Below, piece after piece: positions 1 to 11,130 of a stretch of 64,000 nt of DNA (the stretch's first letter is position 1; every line of letters begins with the position of its first letter). Location of the stretch: positions 70,680,001-70,744,000 of the forward strand of contig NC_042997.1 of assembly GCF_006345805.1 (NCBI RefSeq), given 5' to 3'. The notes beneath the pieces were generated by a model that saw nothing but the letters and a program-made list of their open reading frames with translations, was not told where the DNA came from and made no database searches. This stretch comes from Octopus sinensis (lineage: Eukaryota). Position numbers and translations under genes: made by a program.

Positions 1-129
1 AATAAAAATATACATATATATACACACACATTTATATATGTGCATATATATATTTGTGGGTGTGTATGTCTGTGTGTGTATATGTGTGTGTTACAGTATG
101 ATATACTATAGGTTAGAAGATTTTCTTTC

Positions 130-395
130 AGTTTACCTCTATGAGAAATCCACGAATAACAGAAGAGCATTTAAATGTTTAGCTTTCGCACCTTCAAGAA
201 GCTTGCGTCAGGTTAAGATGTGCCCTGTAATTGATCGTCCTCTTCGGAAGGAATTTAGATTTTCCCTCAATACCTTTTCCATTTCTGAACTTACGCGCTT
301 AAGCAGCAGGTTTATTTCCTTGTAGACTCTTGCCACGCCAAGATTTCTATTTTAGGGAAAAGCGAGGATACTGCGCTTTGTCCATGTTTCTAAAC
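130..395 (-). pseudogene. Degenerate RTE-clade LINE reverse transcriptase, N-terminal RT domains
   Basis: Manual minus-strand translation gives ETWTKRSILAFP*NRNLGVARVYKEINL..LLKRVSSEMEKVLRENLNSFRRGRSITGHILT*RKLLEGAKAKHLNALLLFVDFS. This matches the RTE pattern WTKGCILPFPKKGDL..NYRGITL..QNGFR.GRST..QIL.LRR..EG...KNL..VLLFVDFSKAFD. It contains stops and an internal deletion. Confidence 0.7.
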
Positions 396-404
396 ATGGA
401 CTAA

Positions 405-565
405 TGAATGTATTGGTAAAGCTTGGGGTGCCGTTGACAAGTTATATCTTGTGTGGAAATCAAGACTTCCATACAATTCCAAAAATGAGTCTCTTTGAGG
501 CAACTTTCACTTCTGTTATATTGTATGGCAGTCCAGTATGAACTTCAACCCAAACGGAGATATCG
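405..565 (+). pseudogene. Degenerate RTE-clade LINE RT C-terminal (thumb) segment, opposite orientation to 130-395
   Basis: Plus-strand translation CIGKAWGAVDKLYLVWKSRLPYNSK / MSLFEATFTSVILYGSPV*TST resembles RTE RIGKAWAALNKL.KIWKS.L....K...FRATVESVLLYGSETWTLT. Confidence 0.65.
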
Positions 566-639
566 ATGCTCATTATGCATGTGTTTGTCTATTTAATTGC
601 TACTTCGAAAATATACATATCTGCTATGATGATAAACGC

Positions 640-771
640 AGACGTAGCTATGTCGTCAGTTTGCTTCCTCTTCACATGGTTTCAGGATCAATCCCACTGC
701 TTTATTTCAACTATAGCCCCGGGCCGACGAAACACATGTGATTTCGTGGTCGGAAACTGCAGTAAGATCAT

Positions 772-775
<4 letters not shown>
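640..775 (+). mobile_element. tRNA-SINE family A, degenerate 5' part
   Basis: gtttgcttcc..cacatggtttcaggatcaatcccactgc..ctatagccccgggccgac..ggaaactg matches the other family-A heads in this window (14510, 60840). It runs into (TA)n. Confidence 0.6.

Positions 776-835
<60 letters not shown>
774..835. repeat. (TA)n microsatellite
   Basis: Uninterrupted TA dinucleotide run. Confidence 0.98.
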
Positions 836-836
<1 letters not shown>

Positions 837-841
<5 letters not shown>

Positions 842-1020
842 TAATTCGAGACAAAACCACTATTTTGCAAATCAAACAAGGAAAGACTTAATCAATACAT
901 AACAAATTTTAATATTTATTTATTATTTATTTATTTACTTTATATTAAAATTTTTTATGTATTGATTAAGTCTTTCCTTGTTTGATTTGCAAAATAGTGG
1001 TTTTGTCTCGAATTAATATT
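837..1020. repeat. 79-bp inverted repeat with 26-nt AT spacer
   Basis: 837-915 is the reverse complement of 942-1020 with one mismatch (903/954). The left arm abuts (TA)n directly; the right arm continues about 85 nt before the next (TA)n. Confidence 0.95.
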
Positions 1021-1106
1021 ATATAATATTTTACTATAAAATTGAATTTAATCCTATATCTGATTTTTTCCCTGTAAATTTGGATTTATTCCCTAATATT
1101 TATTAT

Positions 1107-1138
<32 letters not shown>

Positions 1139-1369
1139 ATATATATATACGTGTATGTGTATGTGCACTACCATCGCTTTAGAACTGGTTTTGGTGTGTT
1201 TTTGTTCCCGTAACATAGCAGTTCAGAAGATGACCATATATGTACAAACATATGTGTGTATATATATACGACAATAGATAACCTTTGCCTCTTTTCATAG
1301 AGACAAAAGGGTTTATAAGACAGAAAAAACGAACTGCTCAAAAATTGATTGGGACAGAGATAAAAAAAA

Positions 1370-1730
1370 TTGATCAGAGAACAAACATCTAATTCGAGTC
1401 AACGACTTTATACAGGATACTACGACTCCAAACATTTGATCATATATAAATATTACCATGGCATTTCAACATATAAAGAGTACAATTATAAAAGACACAG
1501 ATAAAAAATATATATGCAAATAAAAATACAGATTTATAGAACAGCCTATCAAGAAGGTATATACAATCGACTAAAAATTCTAAAGCGTATCATGCGACTA
1601 AAAATCTAAATAAATTAAGATAATATTTGACTTACTCGCCTCAAACAAAAAAATATATGACAAAATATTTGGAGGCGTGGTGTTATGTATAATGTTGTTG
1701 ACTCGAATTTGATGTTTGTTCTTTGATCAA
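1370..1730. repeat. Diverged ~68-bp inverted repeat
   Basis: 1370-1437 (ttgatcagagaacaaacatctaattcgagtcaac...) versus the reverse complement of 1663-1730 is about 85% identical by eye. The right arm abuts (TA)n. Confidence 0.8.
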
Positions 1731-1731
1731 T

Positions 1732-1764
<33 letters not shown>

Positions 1765-1768
<4 letters not shown>

Positions 1769-1812
1769 GCGGTGCCCCAGCATGGCCACAGCTCATAAGC
1801 TGAAACTAGAAT
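1765..1812 (+). mobile_element. tRNA-SINE family A, 3' end fragment
   Basis: gcggtgccccagcatggccacagctcataagctgaaac matches the family-A tail (gcggtgctccagcatggccgcagtc..gactgaaac). Confidence 0.6.
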
Positions 1813-2222
1813 CAATCAATCAATCAATCATATATATATATATAGTATGTATGTATGCATATAATGTATGTATGCATATATATATTTGTATATATATATA
1901 TATATATATATATACAAATATATGTATACACACACATATATACATATATATAGACATATATACACACATACGTATAACATATATATATATATATAGAGAC
2001 ATATATATATATATACATACATATATATAAGTAATACTAAGCAATAAGGGTTTAGCAACGAATTGCCTTACCACATACCGAATTTAGAAATAGCAGTCAA
2101 AGGGTTATAGCTATTTCTTCTACTAAAAAGGGAGATCTCAGTAAAAACAGCAATTGGAAGGCTGACACAAACAGGTAAGAGAGAATGAATTGACTGCAAT
2201 CTATCATACATTTTTTAAGTTA

Positions 2223-2329
2223 TCTACGGACGTACGTTTCGAAATCAAGTTTTTAGGAAAGCATAAGAATTAAATATTAAATATTAAATAATTCTATCTT
2301 ACCGAAACTTCTTTTCTCTTCAGCGTAGA
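2223..2329 (-). ncRNA. Minimal type I hammerhead ribozyme (mirror copy)
   Basis: Exact reverse complement of 3071-3177. Predicted GUC cleavage lies between 2229 and 2228. Confidence 0.85.
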
Positions 2330-3070
2330 ATACTATAATCATAAATGATTATATATTGAATTTTGAGATACTAGGAGGCACCAACTCAACTCAGTATCAG
2401 AGCGAGCTAGAATCCGCAACTAGTATCACCGAATTCAAATTTGTGAATGAAACGATTGTGTCAACAGCCCCTTCCCACCCGCGTGTAGCCGAAACAAGAT
2501 GCTGTGGTCATCTACTGAGATAAAATATGGTTATCCGTAATAATGAAGGGTGAAATTAATTAATTTGGAATAATTATCAATTACACCAAGTAGTCTTCGG
2601 CATGTAAAAGCCTCATTCGAGGAAAATTTAAGTAATACTAAGCAATAAGGGTTTAGCAACGAATTGCCTTACCACATACCGAATATAGCTATAACCCTTT
2701 GACTGCTATTTCTAAATTCGGTATGTGGTAAGGCAATTCGTTGCTAAACCCTTATTGCTTAGTATTACTTAAATTTTCCTCGAATGAGGCTTTTACATGC
2801 CGAAGACTACTTGGTGTAATTGATAATTATTCCAAATTAATTAATTTCACCCTTCATTATTACGGATAACCATATTTTATCTCAGTAGATGACCACAGCA
2901 TCTTGTTTCGGCTACACGCGGGTGGGAAGGGGCTGTTGACACAATCGTTTCATTCACAAATTTGAATTCGGTGATACTAGTTGCGGATTCTAGCTCGCTC
3001 TGATACTGAGTTGAGTTGGTGCCTCCTAGTATCTCAAAATTCAATATATAATCATTTATGATTATAGTAT

Positions 3071-3177
3071 TCTACGCTGAAGAGAAAAGAAGTTTCGGTA
3101 AGATAGAATTATTTAATATTTAATATTTAATTCTTATGCTTTCCTAAAAACTTGATTTCGAAACGTACGTCCGTAGA
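3071..3177 (+). ncRNA. Minimal type I hammerhead ribozyme
   Basis: Stem I tctacg(3071-76)/cgtaga(3172-77); core CUGAAGA 3077-83; stem II gaaa-ag-aagttt / aaactt-ga-tttc plus inner agaatta/taattct; GAAA 3160-63; helix III A-U, C-G with loop GUAC (palindrome ACGUACGU 3163-70); GUC triplet 3169-71. Confidence 0.85.
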
Positions 3178-3370
3178 TAACTTAAAAAAATGTATGATAG
3201 ATTGCAGTCAATTCATTCTCTCTTACCTGTTTGTGTCAGCCTTCCAATTGCTGTTTTTACTGAGATCTCCCTTTTTAGTAGAAGAAATAGCTATAACCCT
3301 TTGACTGCTATTTCTAAATTCGGTATGTGGTAAGGCAATTCGTTGCTAAACCCTTATTGCTTAGTATTAC

Positions 3371-3429
3371 ATACATATATATACATACATACATATATAT
3401 ATACACATACACACACACACACACACACA

Positions 3430-3487
<58 letters not shown>
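3371..3487. repeat. Compound (CATA)/(CA)n/(TA)n microsatellite
   Basis: Direct inspection. Confidence 0.95.
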
Positions 3488-4684
3488 CCAGAGCAAGCCA
3501 ATAAATGTGATACAAGGTTGGAAAAATAGTAATCGAATACCGGAGGTAGAGTAAATATGCGTAATTAATAAAGCTTCAATGAAAGGACAAATGAAAGCTA
3601 GATACACTTTCAAATGTGTATCTAGCAAAGTAATTGTATAATTACTCATATAACCATAACTTGTTCCGTTGAAAACGAAAACTTTCCGACGAACGAGAAC
3701 GTGTGATTATGAATCAGTTTTGCGATGTCTTTGCAGCTTTATTAATAAAGTATATGCTTTAAATATATATGTGTGTGTGTGTGTGTGCTCAACTCCCCCC
3801 CCACACACACACGCATAATGAATAAATAGTTAGTTGAATGAGTAATTAATATTTTGATACAAAATACTGCATAAGTATCTCTAAAACGGAAGCTTCAGTT
3901 CGCAAGTTTCTCTGATGTTGTGGTATCATGGCCCCTACTACCTATGACAGACGTGTGTGACTGTCCACTTTTTCTGAGTAAGGGACTTTTACACTAAATA
4001 TTAGAGCTATTATTTATAGCTACACTTGAATTTGGGTACTCTTCTAATAGAAAGAGACAGACAGTCACTCACACAGACGTACACTCACTTATACATATTT
4101 ATATTTACGCATATACACGTGTTTATCTATACACACATATGCGCACACATACATAAAGACTCAGCTATATGAGTCTCTAAGAGTCCGTGTGCTAAACAAT
4201 CTTCATCCAGTAAATCGTTAACATATGTAAAATGTCTAACAGTCGAAAGAAATCTATCATCGTATAAATACATGTGTTTGGAAGAGCCTTATCAGTGAAT
4301 GCTTATGGTGTGTGTTTGTTTATGTGTGTACAGAAATCTATGCGAGCGTGCTGCTTTCTGTAGGGTTATAAACATCTACGTCTAACATACAAATTTGCGT
4401 TATGCGTAAATTGTTTCGTGCGTGTTTTCTTATACAAACGCTGAAACACACAGATACATACATTTGTATGTATCTAAAATACAACAGATTTTCTTGAGAT
4501 ATTTGTATTTGTTTGTTTGCTTTTGCGCACGGGCACTTGGGTGTCTGTGTGTAAGTGTGTGTGTGCGTTTGTGTTTGTGCACGCATGGCTGTGCGCGTTT
4601 GTGTGTATGTGGTGTATGAGAAAACGAATGATCGCCATATGAAGCTTATATATTCTAACGAATGAACGACCATACATGTTAATG

Positions 4685-4755
<71 letters not shown>

Positions 4756-4961
4756 TTTAAAACTTGCTTTTTTAAGTTATTTTGTTTGTATGCTCATGAC
4801 AGAAGCGTTAGTTAATGTCTGTGCATATATAATTTTGGTTTTTTCTTTTTCTTCTTCAATTTATATGCACGTTAGTGTTGTGAATATTTACATCGATATT
4901 ACAGAGCGCTATCATAGCTTCTGCTATAAGAGCACTAACCAACACAGCCATGATTTTTATA

Positions 4962-5152
4962 TATTATCTTATTATTTTACTTGTTTCCCTCATTTGACTG
5001 CGGCCATGCTGGAGTACCACCTTCATTCAGCAAATCGACCCCAGGACTTATTCTTTGTAAGTACTTATTCTATCAGTCTCTTTTGCCGAACCGCTAAGTT
5101 ATGGGGACGTAAACACACCAGCATCTGTTGTCAAGCGATGCTGGAGAGACAA

Positions 5153-5211
<59 letters not shown>

Positions 5212-5382
5212 CACGTCTATGACGGGCTTCTTTCAGTTTCCATCTACCAAATCTACTCAAAAGGCTTTGGTCGACCCGAGGCTATAACAGAAGACAATTG
5301 CCCAAGGTGTCATGCAATGCGACTAAACCCGGAACCATGTGGTAGGTAAGCAAGCTACTTACCACACAGCCACTCCTGCGCC
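4962..5382 (-). mobile_element. tRNA-SINE family A, full length, with internal (CA)n(TA)n tract
   Basis: Reverse complement runs ggcgcaggagtggctgtgtggtaagtagcttgc..ccgggtttagtcgc..gtagatggaaactgaaagaagcccgtc [microsatellite] tttgtctctccagcatcgcttgacaac..ccccataacttagcggttcggcaaaagagac..ctccagcatggccgcagtcaaatgag. Confidence 0.85.
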
Positions 5383-5769
5383 TATGATTATAAAAGAGTG
5401 AAGTTCTGTGAGTAAGTTTTCTTGTGTGCTCCTGCACGTAATATTTATGAATAACATATAACATGCACATTGGCTGAAGTCTTATAGATTAGGAGAAAAT
5501 AAAATACGGTCGTGTTTGTCGTTCCCGCTGCGTATGTACAGTGTTCAAATATAAGAGAGTCAGTGCAATGTGGTGGTTTAGACAAATCGTGTCAGATGAA
5601 ATGCATTGCACTATTTGCTTTGCTCTTTAAAATTTGAGTATTTGGGCGGCATATGTAATTCGTCAGTTTCTTTAGCATCATCACTTGATCCTTAGGTGTG
5701 ATTATCAAAGTTCACTCTATTGTAATTATGCAGGCCAGTACTGTGGTTTGCGGATACCTTACTTCATTC

Positions 5770-7075
5770 ATCTCGCCAGTTTCAGGAGCACTGACATTCG
5801 TCAAAATATATAATCGCTGCCCTTCTCTGTATGACTAAACTGTGAATATACGTTTCACTTCAATTAGATTTTTACAAAAGATCATAGCCGCCAGGCTATC
5901 AAAACATTTTGACGACCAACAGCCGTGAGAAGAAGCAGGTTTCCGTAAGAACTATAGTACGATATATAACATATTCACTCAAACACAGCTTATAGAACGA
6001 ACGAGCAAATACAAGCTTCCTCTAGGTATCGTTTTTGCTGATTATAAAAATACCTTCAATGGTGTTGAGACGAATGCAGTATTGGAATCTCTGGAAATGT
6101 AAAGTGTTGAAATGTAAACTGCTCAGTGATGCAAACTCTGGATGCCCAACAGATATAACTCTGATGTCATCATCATTAAATATCTCAATTGAGAACGGTA
6201 TCAAGCAAGGAGATACCATCTCTCCAAAGCTCTCTACTGCATCTCTAGAAATATTCATCAAGAACATCGAATGGACAGGTAGCATGAATTTTGAATATTG
6301 AGCAACAATCACACTTCCGATTTGCAGGTGACATTGTACTCATCGCTATAACCATAGACCACTGACGAACCATACTGACTAAGCAGAAGACTCAGAAATT
6401 AGTAGCTGGTCTTAAAATGAACCACACAAAAACAAAATAGACGTGGTCGAAAGACGTAGAACAAAGCCGAATAGACGCAGGATCTATGCAAACGAGTGGC
6501 TTAAGAAATATGTCTACTCAGGGCATAGAGTGAATATGCACTGAGATATAGATGCTGAGAAATCAAAGGGAACAGGGTCAGGATGAAAGGCATTTAACTC
6601 AATAAAGGATGTGATCCAAACAAAGCTAGACAATGCCATACGTGCCAGAATCATCAGTAGTACCGTCCTACCTACGCTCGTATAAGCAAGTGAGACGTGA
6701 TCTACTTCGAAGTAGAAAGAACATCAATTGGCTACGAACGCAAAGGGCAATGGAAAACTCATGCTAGAAATATTACTAAGAGAACACATTCGAAATGAAA
6801 TTGTTGGAGAACGGAGCGTAGTAAACGATGCAATCGCAGAGTACCGAAGGCACAAGTTCCGCTGGGCTTGACGTGTCGCAGCGTTCAGAGACAACAGGTG
6901 GACCCGTGCAGTTCAGTTGCCGAGTGGTATTCAAAAGGTTAGCAGAGGTCACTTGGAAGGCTTCCACGGCGACAGGAAAATGACTTAGTCAAGGTAGAAA
7001 AGAATGGGTCAATCAAAACAAAATTGGAAATGCATTGTGACAAGCGATGTAAGACAGCATCTGATGATCTGGTTG
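5770..7075 (+). pseudogene. Degenerate RTE-clade LINE (RT domain to 3' end)
   Basis: KIIAARLSKHFDDQQP*EEAGFRKNYSTI..PLGIVFADYKNTFNGVE; GIKQGDTISPKLSTASLE (ORF 6035-6301); ttccgatttgcaggtgacattgtactc (RFADDIVL-like); KFRWA*RVAAFRDNRWTRAV. Many stops and frameshifts. Confidence 0.85.
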
Positions 7076-7128
7076 ATTCTGTGATATCTATAGAGTTATA
7101 GATATAGATAGACAGATATGCACACACA

Positions 7129-7918
7129 TACGAGGTAGTCTCAAACGGTTTCTGGACTAGTTATATTTTTTTTAAATAACTAAGTTTTAACATCATCTTC
7201 TTCAAAATAGTCACCTAGTACAGCAATACACCAGCCCCAGTATTCATGCCACTTTGGGAATCCGGCCTGGAAGTTGCTTTCTGTAAGCGAGTCGAGGACC
7301 TTCTGCGATTCGCTCTGGATTTCGATAACGGTCTTAAAACGGTGACTTTTGAGCTGCAATTTTAATCTCGGGGAAGAGGAGAAAGTCCGCAGGTGCTAAA
7401 TTCAGTGCATATGGCGCGAGTGGTAGTAATAAATGTTTTTCGCAAGATACTCACGAATATAGAGAGCTCGATGATGAATCCATTTCTTCACACTCCACAG
7501 ATCCAGTCACCTTCGTCGAATGTCCTCCGTCAAAAGCTTCAAAACTTCGCAATAGAACTCTCCGTTGGTGGTCTGGCTTTGGGTGGTCGAATTCTCGATG
7601 CGCTATACTACATCTCCGGGAGTAACGCACGTGGCATATCTTCTAGATCGCTTATCCTCTCCACTTTTGATGCACCCGTGACGCTTGAAACCTTACGTAC
7701 CACCCTTTGCCTCGTTGCCGTAAGCTTGCCGAAGAAGGCTCAATGTCTCTTTAGCAGACTTCCAAAATTGAATGCAAAATTTCAGGTTGGCTTTTTGTTC
7801 CTGTCCGTAACAAAATCGCAGACTACAGCATACACGTGATCACAAAATGCCACTCGTGTACTGCCACCTATTGGCGTGCTACTGAACAAGTTCCGGAACA
7901 TTTTGATACCACCTCGTG
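7129..7918 (-). mobile_element. Internally deleted mariner element
   Basis: Imperfect TIRs tacgaggtagtctcaaacggtttctggact (7129) and the reverse complement of gttccggaacattttgataccacctcgtg (to 7918). Minus-strand fragments CIQFWKSAKETL..AYGNEA, YCEVLKLLTEDIRR, LKLQLKSHRFKTVIEIQSESQKVLDSL..WCIAVLGDYFEED are mariner-like. Confidence 0.8.
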
Positions 7919-7947
7919 CATATAACATAACTGTGTGTATATTTGTT

Positions 7948-7979
<32 letters not shown>

Positions 7980-7999
7980 ATATATGCATGCATATATAC

Positions 8000-8041
<42 letters not shown>

Positions 8042-8067
8042 TATATATATATAGATATAGATATAGA

Positions 8068-8338
8068 TTATGGTGACATAACACTCCAACACTGGCTGTC
8101 AAACAGTGATGAGATTCGCTCGCGCAGCACACACGCATGGACACTCATAGACACACACGCACACATACACACATATGTATATATGCACAACGGGCTCCTT
8201 TTAGTTTCCGTCTATCAAATCCAGTCGCAAGCCTTTGGTCTGCCCGGGGCTGTAAGTAGAAGACACTCGTCACATAATGAAACTGAACTCACAGTCATGC
8301 AATTGGGGAGCAAACTTCTCACCACACGGTCACGCCTG
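8068..8338 (-). mobile_element. tRNA-SINE family A, degenerate
   Basis: acgggctccttttagtttccgtctatcaaatccagtcgcaagcctttggtctgcccggggctgtaagtagaagacac..aaacttctcaccacacggtcacgcc. Confidence 0.75.
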
Positions 8339-8342
8339 ATCC

Positions 8343-8411
<69 letters not shown>

Positions 8412-8944
8412 TGTGAGAGAGAGAGAGAAAGAGCGAGAGAGAGAGAGAGAGATACATAAAATACGTACCCACATGTATCGGTAATTAGAAATTGATGCTT
8501 TATTCTGTCTCTGTTCAGACTATTTCGGTATGCATGATGATTCAGGCTGGTATCTCATCAAATTAAGATGACCATGTCTTAAACAATAACAGCCCGCTCA
8601 CCATTCATTACTCTATGCCACCACCATTACCAGTAGACCTGCTACTCAATATAAAAATAGAATAATTGGAATATTCAAATGTAGCGCTTCTTTATTACTT
8701 TTTCCCCCCAAGTATGCACTTTCATTTATCATTTTATGGCCTAAAAAATGGTACATATCCGGAAAATTGGTGAGATAGTGAATCGTACCACATATATCTG
8801 GTACAATTCTCAACATTTTTCCACACTCTTATGATGTGTGTGTGTGTGTGCGTGTGTGTCTGTGTGTGTGTGTGTGCGTGCCTGCGTGTGTGAGTGTGTA
8901 TATGCATGTGTATGTATGTTTGTCTGTATCTATCATCAAAACAT

Positions 8945-9945
8945 AGACGTTATTACCTCTAGTCCTAGGGCTCATAGAGTCGTTCCCATGGCGAATAAGT
9001 GACCCCAGAACAGGACGCCTGTCAGTTGTTGGGTTACTCATTTTCAATGGATTGGAACAACGTTAGGTGACGTCGCGATTTCGGTTCTCGGACGGTACGC
9101 ATTGTTCTTGACTGCCTCCACACGCCGGAATTCATCCAACAACTTCAGGGCAAAGTGAATTCCCACAAGGGAATTCAGGCTTTTGTGAGAGAGATAAGTG
9201 CTGAAGTCGCCACTATGAAGCTGGCTCTGAATGAGGACCTTCGCTACCATTGGTACAAGTGATGCACGGGACGAATTATGACAGCCAAATCCAAAGAGCA
9301 CAGCTTGACGATGATAAAGGAACTCCTGAATAGGCTGTGGCATCCTGTTGAGCCGAAAATGTTATGATTCTTAGATGAATAGAATTCCTGCTAGGACCAG
9401 TTGCTCAACGTCCAACAGGACAAATAGCTTGCCTAAAATCCATGTGATGCCCGACATATCATGAAAACAAAGTTCCCGCAAACTGTAATAGTTTCTGTGT
9501 TCGTCTTCAGTGAAAGTGACGTCTCGTTGCCCAACAATTTTGAAAAAGGTCTTAGACTCTACTGAATCGGCTCTGTGGAGCTATCGGAGACTGTGGTTAA
9601 TCCCTAGTTAGGGGGTTGTTGTTGGAAGGCTATATCTGTGGCAGCAGTTTTAAGCTCCTTGCCATTCCTTCGGAAAGTGTCAGAAGTGCTTGCAGGAGAA
9701 TTTCTACCACGTCGACAACCCCAGTTTCTGACCTCCTAATTGCCCCTAGTGGAATCTCATGGATTATTATGTATCAGGGGCATTTCAGAAAGGCATAACT
9801 GTTCCGCTTCCCACACCAAAGCAGAACTGGTGGTTAAGTTGAAGGAGGTTTTCAAAGATCTTCCCCGAGGCACAGTGAGCAACGCATGCGCAAGGTTCTT
9901 GTGCAATCTTGAGCAATAGTGGAAGCACAATTATTTTGAGTAAAT
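8945..9945 (+). pseudogene. Degenerate DD37D (maT-type) Tc1/mariner transposase
   Basis: FLDE*NSC; HIMKTKFPQTVIV..SESDV..NFEKGLRL; WQQF*APCHSFGKCQKCLQENFYHVDNPSF*PPNCP*WNLMDYYV. There are exactly 37 codons between the second (mutated) catalytic Asp position and the D of DYY. The C-terminus is TKAELVVKLKEVFKDLPRGTVSNACARF. Confidence 0.8.
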
Positions 9946-10439
9946 TATAATCGCATAATTTAGTTGATGTTTGCAAATTTTTTTAAGTACTTTTATTTTT
10001 CGATAGAATAATGTTTCCCTTTCCTTTTATGCAAACTGAAATTTAGCGTTACCCATTTCTTCAGTGGGGGAGATCGACATTCACTCAGAGTCACTTTCAG
10101 TGATGACTACAGGGACCAAGACCTAAAAAATTGCATTATCATTGATTAATCCACCTGCATAACGCTTTAGATCTCTTTCCAACTAAGTTCCCTTCTTTTT
10201 TTCTTTCTTTTTTTCTTTTTGTCTCCATACATGTCAGTGGCTATTATTTGCCTCAACAATACAAAGACAAAATAGCCAAAAGGGTCGTCTCGATATTTAC
10301 GAAATGCATGCCAAACAGAAGTCATGTAATGCGCATATCATGGGTGGGGTATTTCAATTTACTTGGTGTTAATTTTATCGAAGATGATGTGCTATTGCTT
10401 ACCGGCCAAAAGATATGTATACACATTATGGTTTGAAAT

Positions 10440-11130
10440 ACGTTCAAAGTTTAATCCTTTTCTACAGGCAATGTCGAGCCTCCATTGTTGCTAAATTATT
10501 TCTAACTGTTTGTGCGTACATACTTACGTATGCATGTACGTATATATGTATGTATGTAAACCTGAACTTGTAATCTGGATAGTGAAATTGCAGGTTTCTC
10601 AATAGTTCGCTGATCTTCAGCTTCATACTAACATCCGCTGGGCAACTGATTTCCACAACTGTACACAGTTTCTCTTCATCCCAATCCATCATACCAGGTC
10701 TATTGTGCTTACATTGTATTGGGGTTTTCACTGAGACATTCTACCAGTATTCCTTTTTATTATGAGTAGCTATGGTTTCTTATGATGTGAGTGATATCTT
10801 CGGTGTTAACTCCACAAAGTCTGCATCGGTTGTTACATTTTGCTGCTTTTGCTGCATCCCAATACGTATGTATGTATGTATGTATTATGTATGTATGTAT
10901 GTATGTATGTATGTATGTATGTATGTATGTATTTATGTATGTATGTGTAAGTGTATATACAGGAATATGTATATACTCCTCAAATAAAGCATATAACCAT
11001 ATGTGTGTTATATGCTTTATTTGAGGAGTAACAGTGCTGCCTATGGTTTCTTGTGGAATAAATCTACAATTACTGAAGCGGTCCTCTTTGGGACGTTTGT
11101 TGGTAATCACCACCATTTTGGATGGATGTG
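10440..11130 (-). pseudogene. R4/Dong-type RLE LINE C-terminal fragment (family B), interrupted by (TATG)n
   Basis: NNRCRLCGVNTEDITHII (CCHC knuckle start) and KTPIQCKHNRPGMMDWDEEKLCTVVEISCPADV..LRNLQFHYPDYKFRF (RLE PD-(D/E)xK region). Nearly colinear with 36787-38200. Confidence 0.8.

Larger units (their letters stand above)
2031..3370. mobile_element. Head-to-head palindromic dimer of a ~602-nt ORF-less, hammerhead-bearing element (Penelope pseudo-LTR / retrozyme-like)
   Basis: 2031-2684 is the reverse complement of 2716-3370, except T6 versus A7 in one homopolymer; the spacer is 31 nt (2685-2715). The right copy 2685-3370 is an 84-nt repeat, a body, and the same 84-nt repeat (2685-2768 = 3287-3370; period 602). 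Both ends lie in TA/CATA microsatellite. Confidence 0.9.

Noticed and set aside
2017-3383. 13-nt direct repeat atacatatatata flanking the large palindrome (candidate TSD)
   Set aside because: It lies in low-complexity microsatellite where such matches are expected by chance, so it is not usable as evidence.
1820-3649. ORFs starting [15 protein letters not shown] on both strands
   Set aside because: They arise from the 84-nt terminal repeat reading into microsatellite and are not proteins.
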